NCBI GenBank assembly: GCA_002424305.1
Contig: DIQZ01000051.1
Location: 3,497-67,496, forward strand
DNA length: 64,000 bases
DNA from: Firmicutes bacterium UBA5449
GTDB taxonomy: Bacteria; Bacillota; SHA-98; UBA4971
Direction of reading: 5' to 3'
Positions 59,973 to 64,000 of this stretch are shown in pieces. Both the position numbers and the translations under genes were made by a program. The notes below the pieces were generated by a model. That model did no database searches. It was not told the origin of the DNA and was given only the letters and a program-made list of their open reading frames with translations. Position 1 is the first letter of the stretch, and each line of letters starts with the position of its first letter.

Positions 59973-60881
59973 GTGAGAATCCGAAAAGTCGCTATTATTG
60001 GCGCAGGTACCATGGGATGTAGCATTGCAGAAAATATCGGAGAAAAAGGCTTTGCAGTTTTCCTCGTGGACCGCACTGATGAACTTTTAGAGGACGCTAA
60101 ATGCCGTATTGAGCTTAGCTTGAACAAGCGTCTGGAGAAATGGGGAATCACTGAAGCTGAAAAACGAATTACGCTAAGTCGTATTCTTTTTACATCGAAG
60201 CTGGATGACGTAGCAACCTGTGATCTGATTATCGAAGCAGTCCAAGAAGATCCTATTGTCAAGAAGAGTGTTTTATGTGACCTTGACAGACTTTGTCATC
60301 CAAAGGCAATTCTCGCATCTAACACATCAACTCTCAGTATTACTGAACTTGCAGCAGCAACGAAGCGACCTGAAAGAGTTATTGGTCTCCACTTCCTAAG
60401 TCCGGTTGTACGAGTTGAAGTCGTGGAAATCGTGCGAGGTCTCAAATCATCAGAAGAGACTTTTGAAGCAGTAAGAAGATTTGTGAAAAGCCTGGACAAG
60501 GTTGGGGTAGAAGTCCATGACTCTCCCGGATTCGTGACCACTCGACTAATCAGCCCCTTTCTTAACCAAGCCATGAATGCGCTGATGGAAGGCGTAGCAT
60601 CTGCCTCTGATATTGATACAGCGATAAGACTCGGCTTCGGCCTACCCAGGGGACCCCTGGAAATGGCTGACCGTATGGGGCTCGATACAGTCCTCACTTC
60701 CATGGAGGGATTGTTCCGAGATCTTGGCGATTTCTCCTTCAGACCGTGTCCGCTCCTTCGAAAGCTGGTCAGAGGAGGTCATCTGGGAGTCAAGACAGGT
60801 CAGGGCTTTTTCAAGTATGACGAAGAAGGAAACATTGTCGAGCAAGAGGAAAACCTTGTGTATCAGGGGGCAAGAGGATGA
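59973..60881 (+). CDS. hbd: 3-hydroxyacyl-CoA (3-hydroxybutyryl-CoA) dehydrogenase
   Basis: 302 aa. It has an N-terminal Rossmann VAIIGAGTMGCSIA and an HFLSPV motif (compare HFFNP). Length matches Hbd. Confidence 0.8.
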   Translation: MRIRKVAIIGAGTMGCSIAENIGEKGFAVFLVDRTDELLEDAKCRIELSLNKRLEKWGITEAEKRITLSRILFTSKLDDVATCDLIIEAVQEDPIVKKSVLCDLDRLCHPKAILASNTSTLSITELAAATKRPERVIGLHFLSPVVRVEVVEIVRGLKSSEETFEAVRRFVKSLDKVGVEVHDSPGFVTTRLISPFLNQAMNALMEGVASASDIDTAIRLGFGLPRGPLEMADRMGLDTVLTSMEGLFRDLGDFSFRPCPLLRKLVRGGHLGVKTGQGFFKYDEEGNIVEQEENLVYQGARG

Positions 60882-62086
60882 AAGTATTTGTTCTGAATTG
60901 CGGAAGTTCATCTGTAAAATACCAGTTATTCAATATGGAAGACGAATCAGTAATGGCAAAAGGGCTTGTGGAACGGATCGGATCAGACGATGCAATCCTG
61001 ACTCACACGCCAACCGGACGATCCAGCGTAAAGCGGGTATCCAGCATCCTGGATCATACGACTGCAATAGGTCAGGTCCTGGACATGCTTGTCCATCCTG
61101 AACATGGGGTCATCAAGGATATTGGGGAGATTCGCGCTGTAGGCCACCGCGTGCTCCATGGTGGTCCTACTTTCACCCAATCAGTCCTTATTAATAATGA
61201 GGTGAAAACGGCGATACGAGATTGCATTCCCCTGGGCCCACTCCATAATCCTGCTAACCTCATGGGAATATTAGCTGCTGAATCTAATATTCCCGGTGTG
61301 CCGCAGGTTGCAGTGTTTGATACGGCATTTCATCAAACAATGCCTAAACACGCTTTCCTTTATCCCCTCCCCTACGTCCTGTATGAGCGTCATAAGCTGC
61401 GACGGTACGGTTTTCACGGGACATCACACAGATATATTTCGCGTAGAACTGCTGAGATGCTCGGGAGGCCATCTGCCGGGCTCAAGATTATCAGTTGCCA
61501 CCTGGGCAACGGAGCAAGCATAGCTGCAGTGAAGGACGGCAAGTGTATGGATACCAGTATGGGCCTTACACCTCTTGAAGGTCTCATGATGGGCACCAGA
61601 TCCGGAGATATTGACCCTGCAGTCGTTTTCTACGTGATGGAGCACGAAAACCTTACAAAAGGCGAAATGGACTCTATGCTTAACAAGCACAGCGGGCTTC
61701 TCGGGGTCTCAGGAATCAGCGGAGACATGAGGGAAATTGAAGCAGCAGTGAAAGACGGTAATGAACGTGCTACAGTTGCATTTGACATATATGAATATCG
61801 GATCAGGAAGTATATCGGTGCATATGCCGTTGCTCTGGACGGAGTCGACGCTATTGTGTTTACAGCCGGCATAGGCGAGAACTCTCCCTTCCTTAGACAG
61901 CGGGTTTGTGAGGGACTTGGTTTCCTCGGGGTAACCATTGACCTTGAGAAAAACAAATCAAGGGGTAAAGAAGTGGATATCACCGGGGAAAACTCTAAGG
62001 TCAAGGTCCTGATAATTCCCACTAACGAGGAATTGGTAATTGCAAGGGATACCTTGGAGATCGTATCAGCCGCAAAGAGCCTCTGA
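60878..62086 (+). CDS. ackA: Acetate kinase (acetate/propionate kinase family)
   Basis: 402 aa. Its N-terminus MKVFVLNCGSSSVKYQLF and the HLGNG/GTRSGDIDP motifs match AckA. It overlaps the hbd stop as ATGA. Confidence 0.85.
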   Translation: MKVFVLNCGSSSVKYQLFNMEDESVMAKGLVERIGSDDAILTHTPTGRSSVKRVSSILDHTTAIGQVLDMLVHPEHGVIKDIGEIRAVGHRVLHGGPTFTQSVLINNEVKTAIRDCIPLGPLHNPANLMGILAAESNIPGVPQVAVFDTAFHQTMPKHAFLYPLPYVLYERHKLRRYGFHGTSHRYISRRTAEMLGRPSAGLKIISCHLGNGASIAAVKDGKCMDTSMGLTPLEGLMMGTRSGDIDPAVVFYVMEHENLTKGEMDSMLNKHSGLLGVSGISGDMREIEAAVKDGNERATVAFDIYEYRIRKYIGAYAVALDGVDAIVFTAGIGENSPFLRQRVCEGLGFLGVTIDLEKNKSRGKEVDITGENSKVKVLIIPTNEELVIARDTLEIVSAAKSL

Positions 62087-62156
62087 CGTTCTCCCCTGCT
62101 CTTGTCAGGTATTCGCCTATCCGCCGGACAAGCGCTGAAGCGAAAAACTAGTACTA

Positions 62157-62200
62157 ATAAACGCTACAGTCCCTCTTCTGTTGGGTTTGTAGCGTTTATT
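62157..62200. terminator. Inverted repeat between the convergent ackA and MinD-ferredoxin genes (possible bidirectional terminator)
   Basis: AATAAACGCTACA-N18-TGTAGCGTTTATT forms 13-bp perfect arms. It is AT-rich and has a long loop, so it is not a textbook terminator. Confidence 0.3.
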
Positions 62201-63104
62201 GTTCACAAAGTCTATATACTTCATCCCACAACTGTTCAACAGCGCGAGCTGCAGGGCTCTTCGAATCCTCATCAGTGTGCTCAGGTGAAATGATTGGCTC
62301 CCCTTTGACGAGAGCTTTGACTACTTCCTCATCAAACGGAACCTTCCCTGCGACAGCAATGTTGCGCGCATCACAGTACTCTTCAATCTCCGCTGAAACC
62401 TCATAGTCCAAGTCGTACTTATTAATACATACCATTACCTCAATATCAAAACCACAAGCGAGAGCATAAAGCCTTTCCATGTCATGGACGCCTGCAACTG
62501 TAGGTTCTGTTACAATAAGAGCTAAATCCACCCCGGACATTGAAGATATCACAGGGCAACCTATTCCCGGAGGCCCGTCAGAGATGATAAGGCGTGATTC
62601 AATGGTTTCAGCGATACGGCGTGCCTCTCGCCTCACCTCCATCACCAGCTTACCCGAGTTTTCTTCAGCTATGCCAAGCTTGGCATGAACAAGCGGCCCG
62701 TAAGGGGTATCAGATACAAACCAGTGACCTGCCACAACATCTTCCATTGATATGGCATGCTTAGGACAGATATGTGAGCATACTGCGCAGCCCTCACACG
62801 AGATAGGCTCTATTTCAACAGATTCTTCATGCGCAGTGATGGCATCAAAGCGGCATACATCTACACACGCTCGGCAGTTGTCACATTTCGTTGGATCCAG
62901 AGCAGCCTTCTTGAGGCCGAGAAATTCTTTCGTTTCCCTTATGCTCGGCTTTAATATGAGATGAAGATCTGCTGCATCTACATCGCAATCCGCGAGCACT
63001 GTGTCGTTGGTGAGGGACGAAGCCTTAGCCAGACTTGCAAAAGCTCCGACTATAGTAGTTTTTCCGGTGCCTCCTTTGCCGCTGATAACAAGCAATTCTT
63101 TCAT
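62196..63104 (-). CDS. MinD/ParA-superfamily P-loop ATPase with an inserted 2x[4Fe-4S] ferredoxin domain (COG1149-like)
   Basis: 302 aa. It has a deviant Walker A GKGGTGKTT, and an internal CDNCRACVDVC...CEGCAVCSHICP cluster pair. Confidence 0.7.
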   Translation of the reverse strand: MKELLVISGKGGTGKTTIVGAFASLAKASSLTNDTVLADCDVDAADLHLILKPSIRETKEFLGLKKAALDPTKCDNCRACVDVCRFDAITAHEESVEIEPISCEGCAVCSHICPKHAISMEDVVAGHWFVSDTPYGPLVHAKLGIAEENSGKLVMEVRREARRIAETIESRLIISDGPPGIGCPVISSMSGVDLALIVTEPTVAGVHDMERLYALACGFDIEVMVCINKYDLDYEVSAEIEEYCDARNIAVAGKVPFDEEVVKALVKGEPIISPEHTDEDSKSPAARAVEQLWDEVYRLCEQ

Positions 63105-63970
63105 GGCAATTTCGTCCCTTCAGGTGCTGTAGCACAAATTGTCTGCCATAGGCTTTGAAATGCTTCCTTCATCTCGGGAAACTCCTCTACAAGGCGTCCA
63201 CCTTTCGCATAGCATGCAGCATATTTTCGCTCAAATGGGATTTCAGCAAGCATAGGTATATTTTTCGCCTTACAATAATTCACCAATCCGCCATTCCCTA
63301 AACCCGCTCTGTTGATCACGACACCGAACGGAACCTGCAACGCTCTCACCATATCAACTGCAAGTGTAAGATCATGGAGTCCAAACGGGGTAGGCTCTGT
63401 AACAAGCAAGCAGAAATCGCTGTCACTCACTGAAGCCACAACCGGACATGAAGTCCCGGGAGGGGCATCAATGATAGAGATGGTGCCTTCAGGCATATTT
63501 TGATTGCGGTTTTTTACCGCTTTTACAATTGGGGGGGCAAGTGGACTGCCAATTTTCAGCCTGCCATGTGTATGAGATATTGATCCCGCATGACCCCATT
63601 CAACTACCCCGATTTCCAACGGTTCTTCTCGAATAGCACCTGTTGGACAAAGCAATGTACATCCGCCGCATCCGTGGCATAGCTCAGGGAAGGTTAATAT
63701 GTGATTTCCCAAGGGCAGGATCGCATTGAAAGCGCAGATTTCTCCGCACCGTCCACATCTGTTACACTGCTCCTCGTCTACAATAGGTATAGGCACAGTT
63801 ACTTGGGCAGAACCCTCAAGTACAGGTTTAAGAAATAGATGGGCGTTAGGCTCTTCCACATCACAATCCATAAAACAGACAGATTCTGTTTCAGCAAGAG
63901 TCAGAGCCAAATTTATTGCGATGGTAGTTTTGCCTGTTCCACCCTTTCCGCTGGCTATTGATATAATCAT
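63101..63970 (-). CDS. MinD/ParA-superfamily P-loop ATPase with an inserted 2x[4Fe-4S] ferredoxin domain, a paralogue of the downstream gene
   Basis: 289 aa. It has Walker A GKGGTGKTT and CNRCGRCGEIC...CHGCGGCTLLCP motifs. It overlaps the next gene as ATGA. Confidence 0.7.
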   Translation of the reverse strand: MIISIASGKGGTGKTTIAINLALTLAETESVCFMDCDVEEPNAHLFLKPVLEGSAQVTVPIPIVDEEQCNRCGRCGEICAFNAILPLGNHILTFPELCHGCGGCTLLCPTGAIREEPLEIGVVEWGHAGSISHTHGRLKIGSPLAPPIVKAVKNRNQNMPEGTISIIDAPPGTSCPVVASVSDSDFCLLVTEPTPFGLHDLTLAVDMVRALQVPFGVVINRAGLGNGGLVNYCKAKNIPMLAEIPFERKYAACYAKGGRLVEEFPEMKEAFQSLWQTICATAPEGTKLP

Positions 63971-64000
63971 GCGACATCCCCACTTAAAGCTATTTAATCT

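Noticed and set aside
1-64000. CRISPR arrays, insertion sequences, transposases, toxin-antitoxin pairs
   Set aside because: No regularly spaced direct repeats, no terminal inverted repeats flanking a transposase-like ORF, and no small overlapping two-gene cassettes with toxin/antitoxin hallmarks were seen.

Overview
This 64 kb window is a bacterial chromosomal segment with about 50% GC and a strong strand bias: about 55 of 59 genes are on the minus strand. It mixes core housekeeping operons with an unusual, archaeal-flavoured C1 module. No transposase, integrase, CRISPR array or obvious prophage was seen.

The window opens inside a minus-strand operon for tetrahydromethanopterin (H4MPT)/methanofuran-dependent C1 metabolism. 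Its order is ATP-grasp ligase, ftr, fwdD, fwdB, fwdA and the N-terminal part of fwdC, which runs off the window start. A near-consensus sigma-54 (-24/-12) promoter sits just upstream of this operon. Immediately upstream of the promoter lie a sigma-54 enhancer-binding protein with GAF/PAS sensor domains and a GHMP-kinase-like gene consistent with beta-RFAP synthase (MptG).

The rest of the window holds:
- a tRNA-His(GTG) with a genome-encoded G-1;
- an MFS transporter and an NCS2 uracil/xanthine permease;
- lpdA, alr and an nnr-acpS-glmM-cdaR-cdaA string;
- an archaeal-type cofactor-independent phosphoglycerate mutase (apgM) and PBP1A;
- a YhaM-like HD/OB-fold exoribonuclease;
- a Lia/Yvl-like envelope-stress-type module (DUF2089 / DUF4097 beta-helix / small SHOCT-like protein / hypothetical / DUF360 holin-like / Cof-type HAD);
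- a contiguous uvrB-uvrA-uvrC operon;
- a PDZ-domain membrane protein and ftsE-ftsX-envC(M23)-ctpA;
- a split transketolase;
- a cell-wall-polymer cluster (wecG/tagA, csaB pyruvyl transferase, DUF5693-like membrane protein, DUF2993);
- secA-prfB, with the RF2 programmed +1 frameshift clearly visible;
- a hypothetical 373-aa protein, hpf and a secreted alpha/beta hydrolase;
- a small zinc-ribbon protein, a Ca-type P-type ATPase and an aldo/keto reductase-ferredoxin fusion;
- an hbd-ackA pair and two tandem MinD-family P-loop ATPases with inserted 2x[4Fe-4S] ferredoxin domains.

I propose revised start codons for uvrA, secA, nnr, ftsX, yhaM, the hydrolase and the zinc-ribbon gene; details are in the features.
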